From: Thainema sp.
GTDB lineage: Bacteria; Cyanobacteriota; Cyanobacteriia; Phormidesmidales; Phormidesmidaceae
Length of the DNA: 54,436 bases
Reading direction: 5' to 3'
NCBI GenBank assembly: GCA_052168235.1
Contig: JBQLZK010000051.1
Location: 211 to 54,646 of the forward strand
In this document: positions 1 to 10,807 of the stretch, one piece after another
How positions within the stretch are numbered: position 1 is the first letter of the stretch
Layout: each line of letters begins with the position of its first letter
Made by a program: the position numbers and the translations under genes
Notes under the pieces: generated by a model
Database searches by the model: none
The model's input: the letters and a program-made list of their open reading frames with translations, nothing else
Told to the model about the DNA's origin: nothing

Positions 1-62
1 AGATGTGAGATGTGAGATGTGAGATGTGAGATGTGAGATGTGAGATGTGAGATGTGAGATGT
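1..62. repeat. Heptamer tandem repeat (AGATGTG)n, STRR-like, about 9 copies, runs off the window start
   Basis: Perfect AGATGTG units read directly from position 1 to 62. Confidence 0.95.
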
Positions 63-180
63 ACGATTGCGCCTTTAAAGCAGGCATGGCCAAACGAATA
101 TGAAAGATGACAATGAAATCAACCAAAACATATTGGAATCTGTTCGCTGAACAGAATAGCGGCGAGAGCTAAGCATCAAT

Positions 181-3100
181 CTAATCTATACCGATCGGTA
201 AATGAATGTAGAACTTAGTTCCCTGTCCCACTTCTGACTGTACAGCTAAAGCACCATTATGCTTTTGTTCAATGATTTGGTGGGCAATGGCCAATCCTAA
301 TCCGGTTCCTTTTCCTACACCTTTGGTTGTGAATGATGGATCGAAAATCCTGGTTCTAACTTCTTCCGTCATCCCTTTGCCATTGTCTTGAATGCAAATT
401 TCAATCTTGTTTTGATCGGTTAGAATTCTGGTTTGAATCGTAATGGTTTGGGGCACAGCACTTAGCTCAGAAAAAGAAAACTGAGCAGCCATTTCATCAA
501 ACATATCAATTGCATTAGCCAGAATGTTCATGAATACTTGATTGAGCTGCCCAGGAAAGCAGTGAACTGACGGTAACTCTCCATACTCTTTTTTGATTTC
601 AATCGCAGAGCGATGCTCGTTCGCCTTGAGACGGTATTTCAAAATCAGTAGTGTACTATCAAGTCCCTCGTGCAGATCAGCACCCACTTTATAATCGGTA
701 TCGGCGCGAGAAAAAGTGCGTAAGCTATTACTAATCGCCTTGATCCGATCCGTCGCCACCTGCATCGATCCTAGTAATTTAGGCAAATCCTCGTTTAAGA
801 ACTCTAGGTCAATATTGTTCGCATTTTCTTCAATTGCTTCGACAGGATTGGGATAATGCTGCTGATACAGATCCAGATGTTCCAGCAGATCTTGCACGTA
901 GTTTTTGGCATGATTAACGCTGCCGTTTAAGAAGCCAATCGGATTATTAATTTCATGGGCCACACCTGCCACTAGATTCCCCAATGCGGACATTTTTTCA
1001 CTTTGCACCATTTGCATTTGGGCAGCTTGTAAATCGACCATAGCTTGCTCCAAACTGCGATTTTTGTCTTGAATTGAAAACTCCATCTGCTTATTCTGGG
1101 TCATATCGCGAACCACGGTTAGTCCACAAAGCTGACCGTTATACCAAAACGGAACCGATTTAACTTCAATGTAAAAGATTGCTCCATCGCGATGCCGACA
1201 AATCGCTTCGCAAGTAAACTCCTGACCGGATTTTACGGCCTGCAGATAAGATTGAAATTTAGCATGACGGTCAGGTGGAATAAAGTTGAGCGGATCGAGC
1301 TGCAAAATCTCGTCATAGGAATAACCGTGCAGTTGATAGTAGGCTGGATTGGCGTCGATGACGCGGCCAGTTTCCAGATCAGTAATCAACATACCGTGGC
1401 TGGCAGCTTCAAAAATACTGCGTGATTGGGCTTCTTTATACTGAACGTCTTGCAGTGCGTGGTTGATCTGGTGATAGAGTCGGGCATTTTCCAGTGAAAT
1501 CGCCGCTTGGGTACAGAGCAGATTTAACAGCTCAACCCGATCAGTCGTGAAGGCACCAACGGCAACATGATTTTCTAAATAGAGAATGGCAATCAGTTTG
1601 CCCTGCCGCAGAATGGGAGTACACAACATGCTTTTGGGCTGCTGCTGCACAACATAGGTATCCACAGGCAGAGTGGGATGAGCCAGTGCATCGACGATTA
1701 CGACAGATTGCAAGCTATGTTTGACCGTGTTGATCAACGTCTGGGGAACCGCTTGACTGCTGGATAAGGCCTCAGGCTGCAACTGCACGGGCTGATCAAC
1801 CTGGGCAACCGCTTCTACAAACCACTCCTGTTCCCGTGGCATTAACAAGGCTCCTTTGTCGGCTCCGGCATTTTCCAGCACCGTATGCAGCAGGGTGGCA
1901 ACTAGCTGATCAAATTCAATTGCGCCGGAAAGCGTGTGAGATACCTTCAGCACGGTGGCCAGATCGAGAGCTTTGGAAACGCTGGCGTGGCCAGTGCCAG
2001 AGAAATTAGACGATTGAGTGGCGGAGGTTGAAAATGCGGCGATAGACTCTACAGAAAATACGGTTTCAGTAGTGGAGAGACTCGTCCGCTGCTGCAAAAT
2101 GGGCGCGAGCAGTTTGGGATAGCGCCATTCTAACTCTTGAACTTTGGCAGTTGCCCCCCACTGAGCGTAGCCATAATAGGCATGGGTCAGATACTCCTGA
2201 GCAATCTTTTCTTTGCCCCAGTCCAGGCAGAATCGAGCCGCCAATTCATTCGCTAAGGCTTCATCTTGACCAAAACCATTGGCTTTGGCGGTTGCGATCG
2301 CACAATCATAAGAGTCAATTGCTTCAGCCCGGTTGCCCAAAATTCGATAGCGTTCGGCGTCAACTAAATGGAACCTATGCAGAAAGTTTGCGGGGCTAGA
2401 CTCAGCCCAGGTTGCGAGTTTTTGCTGGCTGGCTTCAGCCTGGGTCAATAGTTGCTGCTGCTGGACTGGCTCATCGGCGGAGCAAGCAGCTAACCGAGCC
2501 AGCGCATCGTAATAGTGAAAAACGGGCACCGAGAACATGCCCGCTCCACCCTTTAGATATTGCACCCCCTGATCGGCACTGTCCAAAGCCGTCGGCAACC
2601 GATTAAACCAGTAGCTGAGCATGAGCTTATTCAAGAAAAACAGGTGAAGCGCTAGCTCGTCGTTACTGTTGCGGAGCGCAGGTAACAGTGTTGCTTCATC
2701 ACAAAACTCACCCACCAACTGCTCTGGCTGTTCGCGCACCTCCATCAGGTTTTCAATCGATTGGCCAATGATTTTAGACCAGTTAACAAAGCTGGGTACA
2801 GCGGCAAAATCAACCCCATACACGCTCACTTTGGCCCGCAAATTATCTAGAACATCAGCTCCACAGAGATAGGTATAGAGGAACTGAAACACCAGCGAAA
2901 TTGGCCCATGCACCAGGTCTCCGGTTTCCATGCCAGCCAGGTAGGAAGTCTGTAAAAGTGCGATCGCACGCTGCACCGGATCTTGATTCCACTGGATAAA
3001 CGCAGCCACCTTGAAGCCAGTCATGCTTTGAATCGGCTTGGCCTGTAGCCGATCCACCAGTTCTAGAGCCAACTGGCCAAACTGATAGCCGATTTCAGGT

Positions 3101-6039
3101 TGATTGAGTACCGTGCTGACAATAATGCCAAAGTCGGCGTAGCCCGGTGCAGACAGGAGCGCATTGCCATACCGCAGCGACAGATTCACTTCTTCACAGG
3201 CCAGCAGAGGAAACAGATTAGGAGCCGCCTGATGCACGGACGGAACCAGATGCGCCAGCATTTGCAGTGCCGCTAAGGCTTGAGCATCGGTCATGTTTGG
3301 CAAATCCAGCAAGTCTTCAATTTTGCGATCGCCCAGGGCAGCCAACGTTTTTTCCACCTGATGCTGAATCTCTACAGGATTGACCGATTCGGGAATCCAA
3401 ATGTCAAGCTGTTGCAGCACCTCGCGACCCAGCTCAACGGCTTGGAGCTGCTGCCCCTGCACTTGATACGCCTGTAGCCGCACCTCATAGACCTTCATTT
3501 TGTCCAGCAAACCGGTAGCCTGTTGCAGCACCGTCTGAATCCAGGTTTCCATCAATTCAAACTCGCCACTTAGACGAGCCGCTTCCGCCGCCTCTGTGTA
3601 CAGCGCCAACGTCAGCTCGTAGCGGCGCTCCCAGGCATCATCTGGTAAAAGGGAAATCCCGGTCGTGAAATAGCCAATTGTGGATCGGTAAGCCGTCGCC
3701 GCTTTAGCTTTGCGGCCTGCCCTTAAATTTAAGTGAGCTAGTTCCTGCCGATCCTGCGATCGCACAATCAGATAACAGCCCACGTTTAAGTGATTGACGA
3801 TTTCAAATAGCCGCTCGTCCTGCTCATGGGCTGAAGCATTGTGTAACAAGAGCTGCCCCATTTTCAGATGGGTGGCCTGCCGCTGGTCATCGGCAATCAG
3901 AGAATACGCTGCTTGCTGGATGCGGTCGTGCAGAAACCGATAGGTGGGATTGCCTCGCTTTTCCTCTAGACCGGACTGATTCTCGCCCTGAAAAAATCGA
4001 TAGACCTGGCTATTCGGCAAAATCAAGCCGTCCTGCAAAGCTGGCCACAACGCCGCTGCCGCATCGGCTGCAGACTGCTCGGATACAATCGCCAGGGTGT
4101 TGAGGTCGAACTGATTGCCCATACATGCCGCCAGTTGCAGCACCTGCTGAGTGTTTGGTGACAGCTTCTGCAACTGCTGCGCCATAAACTCCACCACATC
4201 ATCCGTGAGCGACAGCGTTGTGACCTGCGCAATGTCGCACTGCCAATAGCGGAGATTGTGATCAAAGTGAATATGCCCATCCTCATGCAGCGCTTTGAGA
4301 AATTGGGTGGTGAAAAACGGATTGCCCTGGGTTTTGCGATCGATGAGATCAGTCAGCGGTTGCGCCAGTTCGATGGCACAGTTCAGCGTATCGGCAACCA
4401 AATGATTCGTATCTTCAAACGTCAGGGGAGCCAGGGTAATCGTACGCACGGTAACCTGCGCCTGCTTCAGATCCGCCACCGTCATCATCAGCGGGTGGGC
4501 CGACGACACCTCATTATCGCGATAGGCCCCCAACATCAGCAGATAGCCATTGTCATCCAGCAGCAGTTTCATCAACTGTAGAGAGGCTAAATCCGCCCAC
4601 TGCAAATCATCCAAAAAGATCACCAGTGGATGATCTGCGGTTGTAAACACTTCAATAAAGTTTTGCAGCAGCAAGTTAAACCGATTTTGGGCTGCACTGC
4701 CGCTCAGCTCTGGCGCACTCGGCTGAGATCCAATAATCTGCTCCAGCTCTGGAATCACATCGATCAGCACCTGACCGTTTTCACCCAGAGCAGCCAGAAT
4801 GTTGGTTTTCCAGTATTGCAACTGTTCGTCGGACTCCGATAGCAACTGCTCGATCAAATCGCGCAGGGCTTGCACAAATGCCGATAAGGGAATGCTGCGA
4901 TTGAACTGATCGTATTTGCCTTTAATAAAATAGCCCCGCTGCCGCACAATTGGCTTGTGGACTTCATTCACCACAGCGGTTTTGCCAATTCCCGAAAAGC
5001 CCGCTACCAGCATCAGCTCAGTTGCACCCTCAGCCACTCGATCAAAGGCATCCAGCAAGGTTTGCACCTCCGATTGCCGCCCATACAGCTTTTCGGGAAT
5101 CAAAAAGCGATCGCTTAAATCTCGCTGGCCCAACTCAAACGGAGCAATCTCTCCAGCTTTCTGCCACTGCGCTAGGCACTGTGCCAAATCATGCTTCAAT
5201 CCAAGGGCACTTTGATAACGATCTTCCGCATTTTTAGCCATCAGCTTGGCAACGATGGCGGCCACCGCTGCTGGCACCTCTGGATTGACCTGCTCAACAG
5301 GTCGGGGCATTTTCGCAATGTGGCAGTGGATTAGCTCTAGCGAATCCTCCGACTGAAACGGCAACGTGCCAGTTAAAAGCTGATACAGCGTGACACCAAA
5401 GGCATAGAAATCAGCCCGATAATCAATGCCGCGATTCATCCGTCCGGTTTGTTCGGGCGCTAAATAAGCCAGCGTTCCTTCCAGCGTATTGGGGCTTTGA
5501 AGTCCTTGGGTTTCCCTGGGTAATAGCGACGCGATACTAAAGTCAATTAGCTTGATTTGCTTCGACTCTGGGTGAATCAAAATATTGGCAGGCTTAATAT
5601 CTTTATGCACTACCCGATGCTGAGATAAATCATGCAGAATATCGGCCAGCTGTAGCGCGATTGTCAGAATGTCCGTCAAATCTAACTGATGCCGCTGAGT
5701 ATATTGACTTAACGAAATGCCGCCACAGTCCTCCATCACCAGCGCATAGCCACTGCCCAAGGGTTCCAAGCTGTAGGGTTGAACTACACCAGGGACAGCC
5801 AGATTGTTTGTGAACTGACCCGTCAGCGCTTGTGCGATCGCATATTGATTGCGAAACTGCATTAGCTCGCCAAAACTGGGATATTCACGCTGTAGAACCT
5901 TAATCACCACTGGGCGCTGCGGAGCAGTCTGCATGGCTCGATAGACAGCGGTTCGAGAACCCAAATACAGTGGCTCGACAATGGTGTAACCTTCAATCTG
6001 AGGAAAGACAGGGGAAGCGTGTCTAGCTGGACTGATCAT
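181..6039 (-). CDS. Multidomain Ser/Thr kinase / AAA ATPase / GAF / PAS / sensor histidine kinase (HstK-like)
   Basis: Kinase motifs HKDIKPANIL, DFS and YLAPEQTGR; Walker A GFSGIGKT; Walker B IFLDDLQW; GAF (LYLEN); PAS; H-box AHEINNP; G-box GKGTGLGL. Confidence 0.95.
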   Translation of the reverse strand: MISPARHASPVFPQIEGYTIVEPLYLGSRTAVYRAMQTAPQRPVVIKVLQREYPSFGELMQFRNQYAIAQALTGQFTNNLAVPGVVQPYSLEPLGSGYALVMEDCGGISLSQYTQRHQLDLTDILTIALQLADILHDLSQHRVVHKDIKPANILIHPESKQIKLIDFSIASLLPRETQGLQSPNTLEGTLAYLAPEQTGRMNRGIDYRADFYAFGVTLYQLLTGTLPFQSEDSLELIHCHIAKMPRPVEQVNPEVPAAVAAIVAKLMAKNAEDRYQSALGLKHDLAQCLAQWQKAGEIAPFELGQRDLSDRFLIPEKLYGRQSEVQTLLDAFDRVAEGATELMLVAGFSGIGKTAVVNEVHKPIVRQRGYFIKGKYDQFNRSIPLSAFVQALRDLIEQLLSESDEQLQYWKTNILAALGENGQVLIDVIPELEQIIGSQPSAPELSGSAAQNRFNLLLQNFIEVFTTADHPLVIFLDDLQWADLASLQLMKLLLDDNGYLLMLGAYRDNEVSSAHPLMMTVADLKQAQVTVRTITLAPLTFEDTNHLVADTLNCAIELAQPLTDLIDRKTQGNPFFTTQFLKALHEDGHIHFDHNLRYWQCDIAQVTTLSLTDDVVEFMAQQLQKLSPNTQQVLQLAACMGNQFDLNTLAIVSEQSAADAAAALWPALQDGLILPNSQVYRFFQGENQSGLEEKRGNPTYRFLHDRIQQAAYSLIADDQRQATHLKMGQLLLHNASAHEQDERLFEIVNHLNVGCYLIVRSQDRQELAHLNLRAGRKAKAATAYRSTIGYFTTGISLLPDDAWERRYELTLALYTEAAEAARLSGEFELMETWIQTVLQQATGLLDKMKVYEVRLQAYQVQGQQLQAVELGREVLQQLDIWIPESVNPVEIQHQVEKTLAALGDRKIEDLLDLPNMTDAQALAALQMLAHLVPSVHQAAPNLFPLLACEEVNLSLRYGNALLSAPGYADFGIIVSTVLNQPEIGYQFGQLALELVDRLQAKPIQSMTGFKVAAFIQWNQDPVQRAIALLQTSYLAGMETGDLVHGPISLVFQFLYTYLCGADVLDNLRAKVSVYGVDFAAVPSFVNWSKIIGQSIENLMEVREQPEQLVGEFCDEATLLPALRNSNDELALHLFFLNKLMLSYWFNRLPTALDSADQGVQYLKGGAGMFSVPVFHYYDALARLAACSADEPVQQQQLLTQAEASQQKLATWAESSPANFLHRFHLVDAERYRILGNRAEAIDSYDCAIATAKANGFGQDEALANELAARFCLDWGKEKIAQEYLTHAYYGYAQWGATAKVQELEWRYPKLLAPILQQRTSLSTTETVFSVESIAAFSTSATQSSNFSGTGHASVSKALDLATVLKVSHTLSGAIEFDQLVATLLHTVLENAGADKGALLMPREQEWFVEAVAQVDQPVQLQPEALSSSQAVPQTLINTVKHSLQSVVIVDALAHPTLPVDTYVVQQQPKSMLCTPILRQGKLIAILYLENHVAVGAFTTDRVELLNLLCTQAAISLENARLYHQINHALQDVQYKEAQSRSIFEAASHGMLITDLETGRVIDANPAYYQLHGYSYDEILQLDPLNFIPPDRHAKFQSYLQAVKSGQEFTCEAICRHRDGAIFYIEVKSVPFWYNGQLCGLTVVRDMTQNKQMEFSIQDKNRSLEQAMVDLQAAQMQMVQSEKMSALGNLVAGVAHEINNPIGFLNGSVNHAKNYVQDLLEHLDLYQQHYPNPVEAIEENANNIDLEFLNEDLPKLLGSMQVATDRIKAISNSLRTFSRADTDYKVGADLHEGLDSTLLILKYRLKANEHRSAIEIKKEYGELPSVHCFPGQLNQVFMNILANAIDMFDEMAAQFSFSELSAVPQTITIQTRILTDQNKIEICIQDNGKGMTEEVRTRIFDPSFTTKGVGKGTGLGLAIAHQIIEQKHNGALAVQSEVGQGTKFYIHLPIGID

Positions 6040-6500
6040 AAGGTCTAGATGAATAGCGGCATGTTACTGCTTTAAAATTCCCAAAAAGGTAATTAATCTC
6101 AACAGGCTTTGTACGTAAATTAATGGGATAAGCTCACATCTTATCCCAAATATCAAAGCGGTTATTTTTTCGCATCATGACCCCAAAAATAACCGCTTTG
6201 GATTTTAGTTTTACAGGGTTAGGACTTACGCAGTTGGGCGATTTTTGGAGCGCAGAGCGCCCCAAAAATCGTCTAGAACCAGCATCTTTAAGTTGAAGGG
6301 TGTAAGTTCTAAGAGAATAGAAAGGTGTAAGAGAAGTGTAAGAGAAAAGAAAAAAGATCCGCGATCAAGCCCGTTGATCTGCGGATCAGTACTATCAACT
6401 GAAGATAGTTTGAGCAGTGCTGTAGGCGAAGGTCTAATCAATAAACAATCACTAAACAGTTATTGTGAGGCCTTCGTCAATCATTACTATAGATATTAAA

Positions 6501-6590
6501 TAGACTTTATTGGAAATAAAGTTTTTGGGGTTGGAAATTGTTTTGTAGCGCGGCGAAGCCGCGCTACAAAACAATTTCCGATAAAGTCTA
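6501..6590. repeat. Palindromic MITE/REP-like element with a GCGAAGC-centred hairpin
   Basis: Outer TAGACTTTAT / ATAAAGTCTA inverted ends; inner GGAAATTGTTTTGTAGCGCGGC-GAA-GCCGCGCTACAAAACAATTTCC. Confidence 0.8.
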
Positions 6591-6628
6591 ATGTCAATAT
6601 TTCGGTAAGGTGCTTACTGACAATACTC

Positions 6629-6734
6629 CTATAGCCTTTCCTGGGCTACTGGGGTACAAGTTATTTTGGGGCAGCCGTGCGGAGCGCGGCTGCCCCAAAA
6701 TAATTCCTCCTTTATTAGCGCAAGAATCGTTATA
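6629..6734. repeat. Dispersed ~105-bp palindromic element, family B, copy 1
   Basis: Flanks CTATAGCCTTTCCT..GCTACTG..GGTACAAGTT and CCTTTA.TAGCGCAAGAA are shared with 43498-43602; central hairpin at 6661-6703. Confidence 0.85.
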
Positions 6735-6838
6735 TGCCTCAAAGCTACTACTAGATCTGCTTGCAGAACTGGGCAGGACAACGGTTTGACAGTAGTGCAG
6801 GTAGTGGATGCGAAGCCAATTGGCTTTGAGACATTGAA

Positions 6839-6874
6839 ACTGTCATTGACAGTCAATATTGTCAGGGTTAAGAT
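6839..6874 (+). promoter_or_regulatory. Sigma70 promoter with overlapping inverted repeats (putative MerR-family operator); probably a leaderless transcript
   Basis: TTGACA (6846-6851), 17-bp spacer, TAAGAT (6869-6874), then ATG 6 nt later; ACTGTCA-T-TGACAGT (6839-6853) and TGACA-N8-TGTCA (6847-6864). Confidence 0.65.
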
Positions 6875-6880
6875 GAGACC

Positions 6881-7627
6881 ATGACAACTTTGCAGCAGAT
6901 TTCTCAGGCGAATTCCGAGTGGGACTTGGAGGCATTTGTTCAGGTAGCGAATGATCTCCTGCCTCAGTACCTGCCAGCGTCGGCAGATCCCCGTAGCCGT
7001 TCGTCGGAAGCGGTGAATCCCCGTCTGGTTCGGTACTACACAACTCAGGGTGTGCTCGATCGTCCGGCTCGCCAAGGGCGGGAAGCTCGGTATACCTATC
7101 GCCATCTGCTGCAACTGTTGGTGGTGCGTCGCCTACTGGTGGAAGGCTATAGCACGACTGCGATTCAGCCGATCACGATTGAAAAAAGCGATGTCGAACT
7201 GGAAGCGCTGCTCCAGGGTGGCATACAAATTACGGTAGAAGCAGCCAATCCGGCCCTCGCGTTTTTGCAGTCGGTCAAAGCGCGTAAGGCTCCGAGTAGT
7301 CCAGCTCCGCCGAGTCCAGATTCAGCCGATCAAACATCAAATCAGTTATTTAATCAACCCACCTCGTCTCGTTCTGCACCCGCACCGAGCAAGCGCTCCT
7401 TTTCGCCGGGGTCGCCTGCCTCGGAGTCGTTTGCAGAACGAGATAGCCAACCGAATCAACCTGAGCCAGTTTCTCGCTGGCGACGAATTGAAATTTTACC
7501 GGGATTGGAAGTACAGGTGCGGGACGACTTTGTGCCGCCCAGTACGCCCAAGGAGCATGAGAATCTGCTGCAATTGATTGCTCAACGGCTCAAACCCTTA
7601 TTCCAATCGAGGAGGTCTTCTCCATGA
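6881..7627 (+). CDS. MerR-family HTH regulator with a Pro/Ser-rich linker and a C-terminal WRRIEILPGLEV domain
   Basis: PRLVRYYTTQGVLDRP..GREARYTYRHLLQL MerR-type HTH; ATGA overlap with the next gene. Confidence 0.85.
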   Translation: MTTLQQISQANSEWDLEAFVQVANDLLPQYLPASADPRSRSSEAVNPRLVRYYTTQGVLDRPARQGREARYTYRHLLQLLVVRRLLVEGYSTTAIQPITIEKSDVELEALLQGGIQITVEAANPALAFLQSVKARKAPSSPAPPSPDSADQTSNQLFNQPTSSRSAPAPSKRSFSPGSPASESFAERDSQPNQPEPVSRWRRIEILPGLEVQVRDDFVPPSTPKEHENLLQLIAQRLKPLFQSRRSSP

Positions 7628-8916
7628 GTCAGCCTACCCTTTCGATTCTGCCGATGCACGGTGCGATCGCATCTGGTCGCTCTGTGACGCTTGATATCCT
7701 GGTCACGATTGAACCCCCTGTTATTGAACGAACATCTGATCGTCCACCCCTCAATCTGGGCTTTGTGCTTGACCGATCGGGTTCTATGGTCGGCAGCAAG
7801 ATTGACTATGCTCGCAAAGCCGTGGCCTATGCTGTAGAGCAGCTTTTGCCCAGCGACCGTCTGAGCCTGACGCTGTTTGATACGCACGTTCACACTGAAA
7901 TTCCTAGTACCCTAGCTACAGATAAGCATCGACTGCTCGATACGATTCAGCGGATTCGAACCGGTAGCTCCACCGCGCTTCATGCTGGCTGGGTGAACGG
8001 CGGCATGCAGGTCAGTCAGTACCTTAATCCAGAACATCTAAACCGGGTGATTTTGCTATCCGATGGTTTAGCGAATGTGGGGGAGACAAATCCAGATGCG
8101 ATCGCAAATGACGTACATGGTTTGATGCAGCGTGGCGTCACAACGACAGCCTTGGGGATTGGCGCTGACTACGATGAAAATTTGCTAGAAGCAATGGCCC
8201 GCAGTGGCGACGGCAATTTCTTTCATATCGATTCACCAGATCAGCTACCTGACATCTTTGAAACGGAGCTTCAGGGTTTAGTCGGCACGGTTGGTCAGTC
8301 TGTTACCTTATCGCTAATGCCGCTTGCTGGCGCGACCGTACAGGATGTATTGAACGATCTGGAAAAAACGCCGGACGGAGCATTGAAGCTACCCAATTTG
8401 ACCGTTGGTAACCCTCTCAAAGTCCTGCTGCGTCTACAGATTCCGGCTTTGGCTGAAGGAGCCAGTGTCTTGCAGGTGAAACTCGAATGGCAGGCTCCTG
8501 AGGCAGCAGAACGGCAGAGTCTAGAAGGCGAACTGCACCTGATGGTAGTCAGTCCAGAACGAATGAGTGACTTCCCTGCTAATCCAGACGTACAGGGTCA
8601 AGTTGCCCTGCTGATGGCGGCGCGTGCCCGTCAAGAAGCTGTACAGCGAGCTAATACGGGGGATTACATCGGTGCGGCCTCGGTATTGCGCCAATCTGCT
8701 CAACCCCTTTGTGCCGTTCCGGCTAGCGCCGATGGTGCGGCCAATTTTGCGGATGAAGCTGCCGCTCTCAATGAGTTAGCTGCCGACTTTGAAACAGGCC
8801 AGAGTATGCTGGCCAGTAAGCGAGCGCGATCGCAGGCGTATCACATGATGCGCAGCCGCAAGTCCAGCCACGGCCAAAAGCAACCGCCCAGTGGGTCTTC
8901 TGAGACGTCTCAGTAG
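7624..8916 (+). CDS. von Willebrand factor A (vWA) domain protein, YfbK/CLCA-like
   Basis: MIDAS DRSGSM, ILLSDGLAN, GIGADYDENLL. Confidence 0.9.
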   Translation: MSQPTLSILPMHGAIASGRSVTLDILVTIEPPVIERTSDRPPLNLGFVLDRSGSMVGSKIDYARKAVAYAVEQLLPSDRLSLTLFDTHVHTEIPSTLATDKHRLLDTIQRIRTGSSTALHAGWVNGGMQVSQYLNPEHLNRVILLSDGLANVGETNPDAIANDVHGLMQRGVTTTALGIGADYDENLLEAMARSGDGNFFHIDSPDQLPDIFETELQGLVGTVGQSVTLSLMPLAGATVQDVLNDLEKTPDGALKLPNLTVGNPLKVLLRLQIPALAEGASVLQVKLEWQAPEAAERQSLEGELHLMVVSPERMSDFPANPDVQGQVALLMAARARQEAVQRANTGDYIGAASVLRQSAQPLCAVPASADGAANFADEAAALNELAADFETGQSMLASKRARSQAYHMMRSRKSSHGQKQPPSGSSETSQ

Positions 8917-9099
8917 TGCACTTTCACCTCTTGCACAAACCCCAGAGATGTTAAGAGGTTACTGAACGCATCTTCCGCTCGACATTGCTCAATCCAAACA
9001 CTAATCTAGGATGTGGCAGTACCGCTGTTGCATCCTAGATTGGTGTCTCAACCAGTCAGCCAGCAATCTTCGTATGGTGATTCCAGTTAAGAGTGAGAA

Positions 9100-9146
9100 A
9101 ACGAAAGAGGAGAGTGCTTCATCCTGCGGCACTCTCCTCTTTCGTT
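9100..9146. other. Perfect 18-bp inverted repeat (terminator or palindromic element)
   Basis: AACGAAAGAGGAGAGTGC / GCACTCTCCTCTTTCGTT with an 11-nt loop. Confidence 0.6.
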
Positions 9147-9517
9147 CTGATCTAGAACCGCTATATAAGGGCTAATACCGCTTCTCTAGGTTGTAGCTAT
9201 CAACCCTCAACCCTCCGCACTAATTCCAAGCACCAATCCAAAAGTTAATCCTAAAAGATGATGACAATAAACTGGTGCGACTCAACAATATATAAAGCAT
9301 GAAATAGAACATGAATACCAAGCTCGTGCATAAGGTGTAACATCAAGCCTGGTTCAAACCTAAAAAAGCTAGTTTGTGTCCTATTGCAGCGGCAACTAAC
9401 CGCTTTAGGTTCCAGTTTTGCCCAAACACGTTCTAAATATACAGAACGACTTGGATGAACGTTTTAACCTAAATGGCACGCTCCAACACCGTTTAGTTCC
9501 CGTTGAGGGGATAGATT

Positions 9518-10633
9518 ATGGCAACCACGGACGAAGCGTTAACAATTGGCGTTGAGGAAGAGTATCAGATCATTGACCCCAAAACGCGCCAGCTAGCGGG
9601 TCGGGCGAAGCAGCTAATGGCCTCAGCCCAAGCAGTGGCGGGCGAAACAGAGGTACAGACGGAGGTCTATACCTCAATGATTGAAATTGCCACCCCTATC
9701 TGTGAAACCCTGGACGATGTGCGCCGACAGCTCATTCACGCGAGACGATCAATTATCCAAGCCGCCGCTCAGTCTGGCATGGCGATCGCAGCCGCTGGCA
9801 CCCATCCCTTTTCCGACTGGCGCGACCAGAAAGTGACGCCTAAAGCTCGCTATCGGGGGCTGGTTAACGACTATCAGCAGATCATGGAAGATCTGATTAT
9901 TTTTGGCTGCCATATTCATATTGGCATCCGCGATCGCGAATTGGCGGTTCAGGTGCTCAACCGCTCACGACCTTGGCTACCGTTGCTGCTGGCGCTCTCG
10001 GTTAACTCGCCGTTTTGGCTGGGACATCATACAGGTTACGCCAGCTATCGGACGGAATTGTGGAGCCGCTGGCCGTTTTCGGGGCCACCCGCTGCATTTA
10101 AGGATTACGACGAATACTGTGCGCTGACTCAATCGCTCTCCAATGTGGGCGCAATTCGCGATGCTACTAAAATCTACTGGGATATTCGCCTGTCGAATAG
10201 TTTGCCGACGATTGAGTTTCGGTTTGCGGATGTCTGTCTGACGATTGCCGAAGCGACGATGTTGGCGGGTTTGGTACGGGCGTTGGCGCGCATGTGCTAC
10301 AAAGACATCAAAGCCGGGATTCCAGCGCAAGCCGTGCGACCGGAACTGCTTCAGGCGGCCCGTTGGCGAGCGGCTCGCAGCGGTATGGGCAGCAATTTGG
10401 TGAATGTGGTGAATCAGCAGCTCGTACCTGCGAGAGATCTCGCGCATCATTTTCTGGGTTTGCTTCATCCGTTTTTGTTAGAGCTGGACGACTGGGAAAT
10501 GGTGACCGATCTCGTTGCCCAAACGATGCAAAATGGTACGGGGGCGGAGCGGCAGCGACAGGTTTATGAACGAACGCGCAGTTTTGAAGCGGTTGTTGAT
10601 TACGTGGTTGAACAGACGAAATTAGAGTTTTGA
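9518..10633 (+). CDS. ybdK: Carboxylate-amine ligase / glutamate-cysteine ligase 2 (YbdK/GCS2 family)
   Basis: TIGVEEEYQIID, EIATPIC, AAGTHPF, FGCHIHIG, NSPFW, YWDIR, TIEFR. Confidence 0.9.
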   Translation: MATTDEALTIGVEEEYQIIDPKTRQLAGRAKQLMASAQAVAGETEVQTEVYTSMIEIATPICETLDDVRRQLIHARRSIIQAAAQSGMAIAAAGTHPFSDWRDQKVTPKARYRGLVNDYQQIMEDLIIFGCHIHIGIRDRELAVQVLNRSRPWLPLLLALSVNSPFWLGHHTGYASYRTELWSRWPFSGPPAAFKDYDEYCALTQSLSNVGAIRDATKIYWDIRLSNSLPTIEFRFADVCLTIAEATMLAGLVRALARMCYKDIKAGIPAQAVRPELLQAARWRAARSGMGSNLVNVVNQQLVPARDLAHHFLGLLHPFLLELDDWEMVTDLVAQTMQNGTGAERQRQVYERTRSFEAVVDYVVEQTKLEF

Positions 10634-10702
10634 TCCGGATGTAAAAGCTCTGCAAGACATGATTTGTGATCGTTTACCTTACGGTAAACTCGGCCAGCCG
10701 AT

Positions 10703-10807
10703 CTTAGAATTGTGGATTAAATAGCCTGTAAACCGTTTCATCCGTAGGGACACGGCAACGCTGTGTCCTTGCCCAAAAATTTCACCTGATTAAATCCACG
10801 TTCCTTA
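10703..10807. repeat. ~105-bp element with a GTAG-type REP core (family D); inverted copy at 54283-54388
   Basis: Near-identical to the reverse complement of 54283-54388; core GTAGGGACACGGC..GCTGTGTCCTTGC. Confidence 0.85.

Noticed and set aside
1..62. Telomere-like or CRISPR-like repeat at the window start
   Set aside because: A simple heptamer tandem repeat of the kind common in filamentous cyanobacteria.
1192..5237. Many short antisense or alternate-frame ORFs inside long genes (here and throughout the window)
   Set aside because: They are shadow ORFs overlapping well-supported CDSs, with no independent evidence.
6226..6884. ORFs in the 6.2-6.9 kb intergenic region
   Set aside because: The region is a stack of palindromic elements and promoter DNA; the translations are not protein-like.
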